A stretch of 64,000 nucleotides of DNA from positions 17,856,001 to 17,920,000 of the forward strand of contig CM022667.1 of NCBI GenBank assembly GCA_012295275.1, given 5' to 3'. The position numbers and the translations under genes are program-made. This DNA is from Chrysomallon squamiferum (lineage: Eukaryota; Animalia; Mollusca). Every line of letters begins with the position of its first letter. Position 1 is the stretch's first letter. The notes below the pieces were generated by a model. That model made no database searches. It had not been told where the DNA came from and was given only the letters and a program-made list of their open reading frames with translations. Of the stretch, positions 26,678-38,511 are shown in pieces.

Positions 26678-29600
26678 ATTAAATTAAAATAAAAATAAAA
26701 ATAAAAATAAAAATAAAATAAACAATGTAAAAGATTTGTAAACTGATTATTGGCCTCCGTATGTATAACCGTTTAATAATTTATTATTAATTCATCCGCT
26801 GTCCTCATCTATTAAAGGTTTCATTATATGGTCTTGCCTATGAAAAGATCCGTTTGAAACAACACATTTAGTAGCCACCAATGTCCTGGTTATAATGTCA
26901 TAAAGCGAAGAAAAAACCCGCAATAAACTCATGGCTTAAGTTTTAAAAAATGTCAATATTTGAGATATATTCCTGCAATAAGCTTCGTATTTAATTTTTA
27001 TTTTATTATCGTTTTTATTTCTTTTAAATTGTCTTATACAATAAATTTCTTCTTTCTTTCGATTTAAATTTGTAAAGAGCTGAATTTGTTTCCGTTTGTA
27101 TTTCTCAAGGGTTACTTTTGTCATCTTTTTTATATAATGATCTCAATGCAGTACAATGTCATATGCCCAGAACATGCGTGAAACCGTGAAATGTTTTAAA
27201 AATAGAAAATGCATAACAAGGGAAAAGAAAGAACTGGGTGTGCCTAAGTGAATTATCACTTACAGCCAATAAACAAAAGCGACAAATTATAGACGAGAAT
27301 GTTTACAGATAATAAGCTGTTTTTTGAACCTTGTAAATTTATTAGGAAACGTTTTCACCTAGTAGATATTGTCGGTAAATTTTATCAGCTGATAAAAATG
27401 ATATTGTTAGTATTGTTTTTGGTGAGCTATATTTTTTTCTGTAGCGTTCATTCGCCACCCAATCTCGACTGTATTAAAATAAAGGTATGAAAAAAAAAAA
27501 TATATATATATATATATAAAAATATATAAAAAAATATTTTTACATGTTTTATTATTTTTGAGCCGATGGTTTTCTCTATCCGACGACACAAGATCATGAC
27601 ATTTGCTCTTTAGAAATAAGCGATGACAAATTTTCTTTATGATTATTTTCCAAAAGTTTGCTGATCGATCGAAAATTAAGTTTCTCAAATAAACCAAGAA
27701 TTCTTACATTTTGCAACAAATTCTCCAGGCTTTCGTTCTATGGAAAATGGTTGACATAATTTTTTTTTTAAGAATTTGCATGTTTATTCAACTGAATTAT
27801 AATTATATGCAACAGAACATCTATAAAGAATATCACCTTCCTCCGTGTCAATAAGATATTCTAGTGTTACGTTCAAGATTTACCTGACACATAAACATGC
27901 ATACTTACTCCTATATATACATACATACATATACACACTGAGAAATGTGAAAAGAGTATATATATATACTCATACAACCATACACTTTTCTAATCTCATA
28001 TTTATTTCAGTTTACCAGAAAGGAAAGTCTAAAATCCCGTAACTTAAACTCGTGTATCTCTTAACGCACTATTTGCAATCTAAAATCATGCGAATGTGAA
28101 AAAAAAAATAACGTGCTAATCAAAGCAAGCTGTTGTGAAGCAAGCTAAGACAGGCACGCTTTCTGACAGGTCAGCGAGCGTGTCTGTCGCAGATAAAAAT
28201 CATACCCATTCATTGCTTAAATACAAACTGCTTTTCAGAATTAATTGTTATTATCATATTGCATCATATTCACAAAATCTCACATCAAGTTATCAGTTTT
28301 CTTATGTCGTTTATGGCTTTCAAAATGCATTCATTTTACGCCATCATATTTTACAAATATTTCATACAAGCCTACCTTTGCTTTCACAATCCAAAATCAT
28401 ACCAGAATTTTCCTCATACGTTTTTCATATAGCTTTCCACACATATATTCCTATCGTACTGCAGAGAACATCTTTTTAAAATCTTTTTATTATCATTATT
28501 AGTTTCAGTACAAACGGATGAAATCAGTTCTAGCTTCTTTAATATAAGTAGGCAGCGCGCTGCATGTGGGTGCGGGTATATGTGTGTGTGGGTATGTTCT
28601 GACTGCGTATGCACATAATTATTTTACGGCAATTTAAATAACGTTTTCATAAGGTACAAAGTGAATCAGCTTTCCGTTACGAGCAACATGATTTGAAAAT
28701 TGTTACTTGCATTTAATTCATTATTTCCATTCCAGGGTATTATAACAGATCCACATGCAGACATATACACACAGGAAAATAAGAAACATAGACACCCATA
28801 CACAAATATAAATACAAATGCACACACACGTATTTATTTATTCATTAAGGTATTTACCTCGCACTACCACAAGGACAAATATCAACCTAATTTCAAGAAG
28901 TGTTACTTCCGCACCATGTATTTAGTTTAAAAATACTCACGAAAACAAAACACATTAAATCATCGTAAGATACAGATGAATTTTGAACAGCTTGAACTAC
29001 ATACATACTTTATTACATTTAACCATTGTTTATAATTTATTTCTATTATTAATGTTAATAATAATATTGTTATCATCATCATCATCTTTGTCTTCGTTTT
29101 AAAGGTGGTTCTTTTTATATTATTATAAGCATTCGTATTCATACGCTCTCTCATGCACACACGCACAAACATACTCACACGTTTTCTTTGAACAGTCATA
29201 ATTACCTATCGTTTTATGGAATTTATATACTTATTTACTTATAAATGAATGGTAAAGTGCCTCTAATTTCAGAATAAAAATTAATTCTCATTTACATTTT
29301 TAAATCAGTTTAGAGAATAGTCAGATACTCTTGGTTTAACAATAGTTTAAAAGGCGAAACGTTCCAGTGAATTTGGTTTAACTAAATAAACAAAAACAGA
29401 AATAATAATGGAATTTCAGATTTGTTATTTTTTGTTCTGTCCAGTTTATTTTTTGTTTCCTTGTTTGTTTGTATGTTATTGTTGTTGCTTTTAAAGATAA
29501 TTATAAACATTTTTTAATGGTAAATTGTAGTTTATTTTATTCACACGAGATGAACATTGGTGACAACATTCATTATCTCAAACGTAAATATTAATAAGTT

Positions 29601-29864
29601 TCAGCTTAATAAACAGTGATATTATATATAAATGGCACTGATTTTATGATATACTATCATTCAGAAACTAACAGCGATGAAAAAATATAATTGTTCGTTT
29701 TAAAATGTATTTTTCCTTATTACTCTGTATTTTTAAATCCATATATTTTTATATATTTAAATTCAAAGACTGTTGAAATTTTTCGTCCATAATGAATGAT
29801 GTCATTAATATATAATAATGTTAGTTCAAAGGTTCAAATACTCACTGTTTCTACTCACCTCAGT

Positions 29865-30896
29865 TTAGTAAGATGCTGGATTGATAACGACCTGGTTTTG
29901 TCTGCAGAGGGCGTTATTTAGCTCGTGCATCGCTTTCATAGCTTCTTCACGTGACTCAAACCCGACAACAGCGTTGCCTGTTGGATGTCCGTCTCCTGTA
30001 TAGTGCAGTCTGATAGATTCTGGTACAGGATTGTGACCTTGAAAGAAACCAAGGATTTCTCTTATGGTTACTGACAAAGGAAGATTAGAACATCTCAAGT
30101 AAAACCAGTGTCTTTTCAGAACGCCTGGAGGAATAGGCTTGTTGATCTCACCAGCTCCTACCGGATCAGACATATCCGACATTAAGGGAGGGACGCTGCC
30201 GTGCATAGGATTTCGTCCAATGGGTCCGTACATTGAGACTAGACGTGCTTGTCGCATCCGTGAAACCATTTCCCCTTTTGTACATGTCTCTACTGTTATT
30301 TCATGCTGACCCATTGATTGTTTATCAAGCTGTTTACAGCGTTCTTGCTGTTCTTTAGCCTGGAACTCGAGGAATGCCTCTCCCGTTGGTTTGCCATCAC
30401 CATCATGACAAATTTGTAGTCCCCGAGGAGCTATGGTGACCCCGTGACAGAAATCGCGAATTTCGCGTTGAGTACACTGAGGTGGTAGTCCAGACAAGCG
30501 AACAAAGAACGTTTCGTCCGACTTTCGGCCGTCACTGTCGTTTCTTCTGATTGGCGACTGCATTCTCTTTGCATCGTTATCGGACTGGCGTTTCCCAGTA
30601 ACTGACGAATCTAACTTTCTATTATCAAAATCACCCATATTACTTTCGAACTGCGGGTATTTCTTCCTATGATCTTGTACTTCACTAATGTCATCTTTTG
30701 TGGCTAGGGTTACGCGAATGAGTCTTGGACCCATGGTTCTACATTCACAGGCGAATACTTTCTTCAAATCTTCTGGTGTGGCTACTTCAATATATGCTGT
30801 GCCATTTCCTACACCTTTCTGATCAATATCAATATATATAGCGTCTCCATCATTAACTACATTAACACCAGCCAAAAAGTGACGAATATCCTCCTT
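29865..30896 (-). CDS. RBM12: RBM12-like 3' ORF in the +1 frame (rest of RRM3, RRM4, RRM5); 343 codons continuing from the ACC-TAA-G site
   Basis: Skipping the T at 30897 gives ...LKGLPPKIT/KEDIRHFLAGVNVVNDGDAIYIDIDQKGVGNGTAYIEV, a continuous RRM. Two further RRMs follow: FFVRLSGLPPQCTQREIRDF...GKPTGEAFLEF and FYLRCSNLPLSVTIREILGFF...GHPTGNAVVGFESREEAMKAMHELN. The joined protein would be ~1287 aa. Confidence 0.85.
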   Translation of the reverse strand, partial: KEDIRHFLAGVNVVNDGDAIYIDIDQKGVGNGTAYIEVATPEDLKKVFACECRTMGPRLIRVTLATKDDISEVQDHRKKYPQFESNMGDFDNRKLDSSVTGKRQSDNDAKRMQSPIRRNDSDGRKSDETFFVRLSGLPPQCTQREIRDFCHGVTIAPRGLQICHDGDGKPTGEAFLEFQAKEQQERCKQLDKQSMGQHEITVETCTKGEMVSRMRQARLVSMYGPIGRNPMHGSVPPLMSDMSDPVGAGEINKPIPPGVLKRHWFYLRCSNLPLSVTIREILGFFQGHNPVPESIRLHYTGDGHPTGNAVVGFESREEAMKAMHELNNALCRQNQVVINPASY

Positions 30897-33729
30897 AGGT
30901 TATTTTTGGCGGCAAACCCTTTAAAGCTGCAATGTATGGAGGGGTTGTGGCAAGCGGTGCCTGTTCTTTTGTGGTATCAGATTCACTTGACTTCAGACGT
31001 TTTTGTGGAGTTGACGGGGAATCGCTGTCCGGAATAAAGGAATCCACAGCTTTTTCATAATCTTCTTTAGAACACCGCTGAATATCAACTTTTTTGTCGT
31101 TCATATATGTACCAGACTTTTTCAGTGCACTTAGTAAGTCCATTTCACTAGCGAACTTAATGTAACCTTGTCCTGTTCTTCTACCTCTCTCGTCATTTAT
31201 CAATTTGAGACCATCGAAAGGAATATCAATAGGTGCAAAGAATCGTCTGACTTCACGATATGATACATCTGACGACATGCTGTTAAGTACCACGTGAAAT
31301 GAGCCTCGGATATCGTCTGATCTCATTCTTTTCGAACCTCGACTTTCACTTCTGCTATCTTTATCTCCACTAGATTTTGAATCGCCTCTTGAATCTCTAT
31401 CTGATGAAATCTTCGATTGGCTAGGTCTGGAGTCCCTGTCTCTATCAGAACCACTTTTGGACTCTCTGTCCCTTCGTGACTGTTCTCTGTCGCGGTCTCT
31501 ATCTGAATAGCTTCTAGAATCTCTGTCACTGTAGCGACTGCTACGGTAATGGTCGTCCATTCTTCTTTCTGATCGGTAGTATGAATCTCTACGGTCGTAA
31601 TCTCTGTCCTCATTCCTTCCCTTTGACCGTGACCTGTCGTCTCTCTCACGATAACTTGTGTCTCTTGATGAAAATCGCCCACCATCTGAATTGCCTCGTC
31701 TGCCGTAGCCACCACCAAAGTGCCCATCGTCGGAGCCGCGTGAAGACATTTGTCGTCCCATTGTCCTGGATTCACGTTCGCTATGATCTCTGTTGTCCTT
31801 GTCTTCAGGTGCAGCTTCCACTGATACTGGAGCATCTCCTAGCAAACCTTTACCCGTGTTTACAGGTTTATTCACTGAATGATCGGCATAAGGAGGTCTA
31901 CCGTCTTTCCACTTCTCGTTTACGTCATGCTGCTTAGTTAAGCTGCCTGGAACATCTGAAAATCCAAGTCTCTCAACATCTCGACCAGATGCATCAGGAC
32001 CTAAAACTTTATCCATTAGTGGTACTGGACCTCTGACTAGAGGTCCACCTGGCCTACCTCTTCCACGCCCTTCGGGTGGAAATCGTCCTCCAGGTCCGCC
32101 AAATGGAATTCTCCCACCTGGTCCTGATGGAATATCGCCTTGTCCATCCGATGGAAAGTTTCCTGTTATTGCATCTGCTGGCATTCTAGGCTGTGGTCCT
32201 CTTCCAAATCTATCTGGAGGAAATCGACCTGCGGGTCCATCTGGTGAGTAACCAGTGCCTCTAGGATCAGGTCTAAATCTACCTCGATGACCTTCTGTGG
32301 AATAATGGTCATCTTGGCCAAACTCTTCTCCTGAATGATTTGGAGGAAATCTTTCCAGTGGTCCATCTGCTGGAAATCGAGGTCTAGGTCCATCTAGTGG
32401 AAACCGACCCCTTGGTTCAAATCTTCCTCCCGGACCAAATCTTGTTTCTGGCCTGAATGGTGGACGCAGACCACGTGGTGGTGCACCTGGAACTTGGTTC
32501 ATAGCTTCAAACGAGTCTGAAGGAAATGCACCCTGATTACGAGGAAAACCCGGTCGATACTCAGGATAATTTCCTGAGGCGTTTGCCCCTAATTCATCCA
32601 TATTTGGCCGTGAGAATCCTGTTCTTGGGGCATTTCGAAAATCTCGATCATCAGCAAAATCACTCCCAAATTTGGGGGCTTGTGGAGGTACTGCTGAATC
32701 CTTCCTTAAGTCTGGATCATCCAGGAATGGTCTGCCTTTCTGAAAACCGGGTTCAAAAGAATCTGTAGCCTTCCTGCCAGCTATAAAACCAGCAGCGTCT
32801 TTATACACAGATCCAGGTTTAGGAGGAAATGATCTCTTTTCTGCAGGAAATATCTGTCTACCAAATTCATCAAATTGAGGTATTTCTTCTGGTTCCTCTG
32901 GACCTACCGTGCCTTGACTCCAAGGATCATGACGGGGATGTGTTCCTTCTGCTGATTCATACCTGCCAGGGTGAGGATCTTCTCTTGGTCCTCGTTTTAA
33001 AGGTCCATCAAAATCTACTGGCCAGTTCTTGCTTCTTGGATCTGGTGGGAATGTGTCATCTGCTGGTTTTATACCTGGAGGCCCCCTGAAATCCTTTTTC
33101 AGGCCCGGCATAAATGGTTCAGTTACTGGTCTTGAGGATCTTATTTCTGGTGGCATAGCTCTTGTGTCTTTGGATAATCGATCTCCATCTGGTTGTCCAT
33201 AATTATAATTTCCAGGATCAGGATATATATCACTGTTTCTTGGAAACTTCTTAAAGTCTGCATTCTGTCCTTCGTACCAAGATGATGAATCTTTGTACAC
33301 ATTTCCAGGATCTGGTCTAGGAAAGGGTGCTTTTAGAGATGGTCCCCAACTATTCTCCCTTGTCAAAGGCTCTGGACCGTATGGTTCATTGTCTACTGCT
33401 CTTCCGTGAAGATCTGGCAGTTTGGGAGATGCTTCTGGTACTACCGATCCACTGTTCATAATAGGTGCTCTGGCCTGTTCAATGATGTTTTGCATTTCAG
33501 TTTTACTGCTGAGAAACAATTTGATGACAGAATCACTCAGCATTTCAAAATTTTTGTTCATTGCTTGTCTGGCATCTTCATCTGTGCTGAAGGCAATAAA
33601 GGCATCACCCTTCTCTCCACCGATTATATGTACTCCACCTGCTGGGATGCTGAGACCCTGAAAGAAATTCCGTATGTCCAGTGCACTAGCTGACCATGGA
33701 AGGCCTTGTAGTCTGATTATCACTGACAT
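30895..33729 (-). CDS. RBM12: RBM12/RBM12B-like RNA-binding protein, 5' ORF (RRM1, long Pro/Gly-rich and RD/RS-rich linker, RRM2, start of RRM3), ending at TAA 30897-30895
   Basis: ATG at 33729 lies just after the acceptor ctttacag (exon starts 33738). The N-terminus MSVIIRLQGLPWSASALDIRNFFQGLSIPAGGVHIIGGEKGDAFIAFSTDEDARQAM closely matches RBM12/RBM12B RRM1. The coding region is intronless, as in vertebrate RBM12. Confidence 0.9.
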   Translation of the reverse strand: MSVIIRLQGLPWSASALDIRNFFQGLSIPAGGVHIIGGEKGDAFIAFSTDEDARQAMNKNFEMLSDSVIKLFLSSKTEMQNIIEQARAPIMNSGSVVPEASPKLPDLHGRAVDNEPYGPEPLTRENSWGPSLKAPFPRPDPGNVYKDSSSWYEGQNADFKKFPRNSDIYPDPGNYNYGQPDGDRLSKDTRAMPPEIRSSRPVTEPFMPGLKKDFRGPPGIKPADDTFPPDPRSKNWPVDFDGPLKRGPREDPHPGRYESAEGTHPRHDPWSQGTVGPEEPEEIPQFDEFGRQIFPAEKRSFPPKPGSVYKDAAGFIAGRKATDSFEPGFQKGRPFLDDPDLRKDSAVPPQAPKFGSDFADDRDFRNAPRTGFSRPNMDELGANASGNYPEYRPGFPRNQGAFPSDSFEAMNQVPGAPPRGLRPPFRPETRFGPGGRFEPRGRFPLDGPRPRFPADGPLERFPPNHSGEEFGQDDHYSTEGHRGRFRPDPRGTGYSPDGPAGRFPPDRFGRGPQPRMPADAITGNFPSDGQGDIPSGPGGRIPFGGPGGRFPPEGRGRGRPGGPLVRGPVPLMDKVLGPDASGRDVERLGFSDVPGSLTKQHDVNEKWKDGRPPYADHSVNKPVNTGKGLLGDAPVSVEAAPEDKDNRDHSERESRTMGRQMSSRGSDDGHFGGGYGRRGNSDGGRFSSRDTSYRERDDRSRSKGRNEDRDYDRRDSYYRSERRMDDHYRSSRYSDRDSRSYSDRDRDREQSRRDRESKSGSDRDRDSRPSQSKISSDRDSRGDSKSSGDKDSRSESRGSKRMRSDDIRGSFHVVLNSMSSDVSYREVRRFFAPIDIPFDGLKLINDERGRRTGQGYIKFASEMDLLSALKKSGTYMNDKKVDIQRCSKEDYEKAVDSFIPDSDSPSTPQKRLKSSESDTTKEQAPLATTPPYIAALKGLPPKIT

Positions 33730-34024
33730 TCTCTCTGGCTGTAAAGGAAGCAAAATGTAGATTCATAAATCATCTTATTTTTCACAAAATTTCCACTTCA
33801 TCATCAATAGGATTATACAAGTCTTTTTGTTTTAAGAATTTACTGCCATCTCAAAATGTTTAAAAGTTGTATCTTTCAAAATATTTATAAAATAGATTTA
33901 AACTGCATTGTGTCTAAATAAAACAGATTTTAAATAAATAATGTTCAGTGTAAGATAAAAAACAAAGTTTAAAATTAAAATTTAAAATTAAAATAATTTC
34001 AAGGAAAGTTTGAATATTTATTAC

Positions 34025-34751
34025 CTCAAAGAATTACTCCACAGTTTTTTTCTAATTTTTGTAGTAATGTAATTTTTGTACTTTTCTTCCAAATCACTGA
34101 CACAAATTGTTATCTGTAAGCAAAAGCAAAATTAAGTGAAATAATAAACCTATTCTCATCATTAAATATACACTATTTTTTAAAAAAGGAATAACATTGG
34201 TTGGTAACATTAATCTTTATTTCAATGCTATTGGGGTTTTTTTTCTTATTCTTAATGTTTTAAGTGTTTAAAGATATTTATTTGTCAATGTTTTAAGCAG
34301 ACTATTTACAAAGGAACAATCCCTAAGTATTAGCATGGTATGTTTCCATGGTATGCTGTGTAAACAGTGGTATGACGTGGTTGCTCCCAATAAACTTATT
34401 GTGACTATGGGTTCCCGAAGGGCCTAGATTATGTTAATATGCACTGTGCTTAATCAAAATATATTTCACATTATAAAGAGATACATTAACTCTAGTCAGT
34501 AATGAGAATAAAATAATATAATAAATAAAAGTCATTACGATATTTTGATCTTTACCTCATTATCTTAAATTAAAAGGTAACATTGCAACAAATTTCTGTC
34601 TTTTTCAAATTATATTGGCTAAATTCATTTAACATCCTTATTAAGAGTTACTGAATGTTGCCAGAACTGTATTAACAAAACTCAACAAAAAATTGAACCA
34701 CAATCTGTCATTCAATCAGTACTATATATATTTTTTTGTTTTCTTTTTTCC

Positions 34752-34791
<40 letters not shown>

Positions 34792-35016
34792 GGTTTCTTG
34801 TTTTCTTTGCTTATTACAGTTTAATTTTTTAACCATTTTATTATGCCACAGATATGATTTTCTGCTTAAATGGATTTTATTTTATTTTATTTATTTTATT
34901 TTATTTTGTTAATCTCTGTTACTGTTTTTGTTTTACAATACCCCAGCACCAAATAATTATAAGGAATGGTAAGGAATATAATGAAAAATGCTAAATTACA
35001 GTATGATTAAAAAATA

Positions 35017-35072
<56 letters not shown>

Positions 35073-38000
35073 TGTTAGGTTTTAATATTTAGAATAAAAG
35101 CTTTATAACAAATTTTGAATGGAACCAATATGATTTCATCACAAAATAGTTTTAAAAATATTCCTTCTTCAAAATAAAAGACAAGAGTCTTACTATTAGT
35201 AGGACTGCCAATATGCAAAGACTGGCTTGACAGAATAACAACTGTTTCTACAAGTGTTTTTGATATAATACCTCCAAAGATATCTTACTGTTTTCACTTA
35301 TTCTTTATCCTGATTATTTTGTACAACTGACGTCTTATGTCTGGTTACTTCTGTCCATATAATCTGAAGGGGAAAAGAAACAAAAATAAGATCATAAAAA
35401 TGCATGTTTATGTGTTTGAGGGTTTGTTAGTTTACTATAGGTTTTTGTTCACTCTAGTAAAACACAGAAATTTCAGGAAGCCCAATAAAGAATAAAAAGA
35501 ACAAAATGTGTGGGACAGATAGCACTTCTTCATTAACACCTAGATATCCACCTCGATTAAACTACTGTTCTGAAATATACACCACAGCCATTAATAAGCC
35601 TTAGTTTGTAACAACTTTGAAAAAAAATTAGAAAAATACTGCATGCAGCTACTGCTTTACAATTTGTCACATTCCAGTAGATATGGTTAGTTTATAATTA
35701 CAGTAAAGAAATCCGTAAGTTCTATAACAAGCTTGACAAATTTGTATTTCTAGTCACTTCAAAGATAAATTGATAAATTTGTCCAAGAGTCTAAAAGGAA
35801 CTGATTTCATCTACTATCCTACCAAAATGTTGACAAGACAAGACACCATCACAAAGTCCTACTGCTAAATGGAATATTAATGAGCTATTAAACATTCCTA
35901 GAAGTGAACTGAAACTGTTTCAGTAACTGTCAACACTGCAGTTCTTTATGATTTGTATGATCTGTGTCGATTTCTTATATTTTTACTGTGAATTACTGGG
36001 GCATTTTTATTAAAATATGAGTAGCTTGGTTCATTTGAGGTTTCACACATTAATAAGACTATTTTTATAAATTCTTAAAACCAGCTGAATTTCAGTATAT
36101 TCTAAATACAATATTACTGTATATATTTTGCTATAATTCTAGTTGCTTCTGTTGGAAATAGGATAAAGACAAGAAAAAAATATTTAAAAACAAATTAAAA
36201 TTTTATTTTTTAAAATGATGAAGCTCCAGGATGTTCTTTTAAAGTGAACCTGTTCTAAAAGAATATAATTTAAGTTCCTGAAATATACAGATGATGCAGT
36301 AGATGAGGTTATCAAAACTGAATATCATGAAGAGACTCAGTCTTCCCAGAGATATTTAATGGATAAAGTCTTCACATTTCATAGCCACAACAAGGACCTC
36401 AAACGGCATAAATAAAAATGTTACACTCTCTCCATTACCATTTCACAGCAGTTCATGTGTCTGGCAAAAAAAAAAAAAAAAAAAAATTCATTGGTTTCAG
36501 ACTTTTCTTGATCTAACTTGATCTAATGTAGACCAGGCATGGGCGAACTTTTCTGAAAAGACAGAGCTCATTATCAGTCAGGCCACACTATTAAAAAGTA
36601 TTTATAAACAGATAATATGGATTGTTGCAGACCAACTCTGAGGAAAGTTGAAAATTACTCAGATAACTGATGATGGTGAATGCTTTGAATTTTCTGACTC
36701 AGGTAGCAACAATGTAACATGTAAGGAAGACTGGTAGGGCAAGTAATAGTTATTCCCTCTTTGAGAGAGAATGAGAGTGAGTGAACAAGTGAGAATGAAA
36801 AAAAATATATATATATATTTTAATAAATGTTATGCAGACCTCTGCTGACTTATCTAGAGATATAAACGTGGAGGTTATCAAAATCCTAGCAAGAACAGTA
36901 ACATCCTGTATATTCAATAGTTAAGAAGACACATTATACTTTTTTTTTTTTAAAGTTGCTTCCTATATTAAAATCTGTAATGGTACATGTATAATATTGT
37001 ATATTAGTGTAAATAATTTTGAAGTCTTCTCTTCATAATCTGTTCTTCTCATGTGCTTAAAATGAACTCTTTTTTTTTTTTATAAATTACTACATGTAAA
37101 GATGATCGAAAGTTGTGGCATGCACATTCTTCTAAATATTAAAAATTATATAGGATATAGTTAAAAGACACATTTCAGTAAGGAGAGAAATCAGGGGTAA
37201 ATAATAAATAAACAATATTTTTTTTAATACAAATAATAAAAGATTTTTTTACTTTCCACAATTAGGAGTCACCCAAACAAATTTTTTTTAAATATTACTT
37301 AAAAGGTATTTCTGAATTAAATTCTTTATGATTAACAGTGACAAAACATTTGGTGGTACACAGGAAAATCATAAATATTGGACAAGTTTCACAAAATTAT
37401 GTTGTTATTTGCAAAAGTGAAAAAACATCAACACAATGCAAAAACCTAATTTCAGTTATGTTAGTTTTAGAGATATGTCAAAAATTGTTTAATTACATCT
37501 TACTTGTAAAGAGAGGACTTGTGAAATAAAATCAAGTAATACACCAGAATTAAGTAGATTTTAAGTGAAGAATAAAACAGAGAAAAACTCAAAATCAATG
37601 TTTTGGTGCAAATGAAGCTTGTTTTATCATTCACATACATGTTGTTTCTTCTTTTTTTAAGGAAAGAAAATTTCAAGAATTGAACTTGAAATTCAAATTG
37701 TATGTTCAGTTCAGTTATATTAAAGATAGTGGTATATCAAATTTTTTCTTAACATTCATTATTTAAACAAAAATATAAAAAAAACCAGAAAATCCAAATA
37801 AGACATCTTGTTTGTTAAAACTTCATCTGATCAGTTTTGTGTTGCATTTAAAATATCATTTGGTTCTTTTAATTTTCAAATTCACTGCAGCATCAAAAGA
37901 AAACATCAATATATAAACAATCAATTATTTATTTTTATACTGAACTGTGTTCTACCAAGTTTTAACAGCATACCGTTTCTCAACAATAAATGTATGAAAA

Positions 38001-38476
38001 TAAAAAGCAAAGCAATAAAACTTATTTTGACCTATGCATCCAATTCTTGAACATTTTATCATTTAATAGCATTTTTCCCCTGTAAAAGTTTCTACATAAA
38101 CCCTGAAAACACAACTTAATTCTTAAAAAAATTAAAATTATACACTAAATTTTACATATAACAATGAAATGTTCATTTCAACAACTTTGTATTTTTATTA
38201 ATATAGTAAATTATAAAAACTTAGGATCCACAGGCAGTTAATAGACATTTCCTTTAAGGATTTTGTAATCATTTGCTACACATACATCAACATCATAAAG
38301 AAAAGGTTATGCTTTAATGCAATAAAATAAATACCATAAAGCCAGTAGTCTTGGTAAAAATTTCCCAAGTAATGATCATTAATATAATTCATTAATTTTA
38401 ACTCTTAAAATAGTACTAGATCCTATCTTCTTTTTCTTACTTAATTAATATATGATGTATTAATTTCATTTTATGG

Positions 38477-38511
<35 letters not shown>

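Noticed and set aside
30891-30917. A micro-intron or stop-codon readthrough/A-to-I editing as the fix for the RBM12 stop
   Set aside because: The nearest GT..AG spans are 24 and 27 nt, too short and frame-preserving. In-frame readthrough hits another TAA after 10 codons and does not give RRM sequence.
31323-33693. Alternative-frame and antisense ORFs overlapping RBM12
   Set aside because: Expected shadows of a long, relatively GC-rich coding exon, with no recognisable features.
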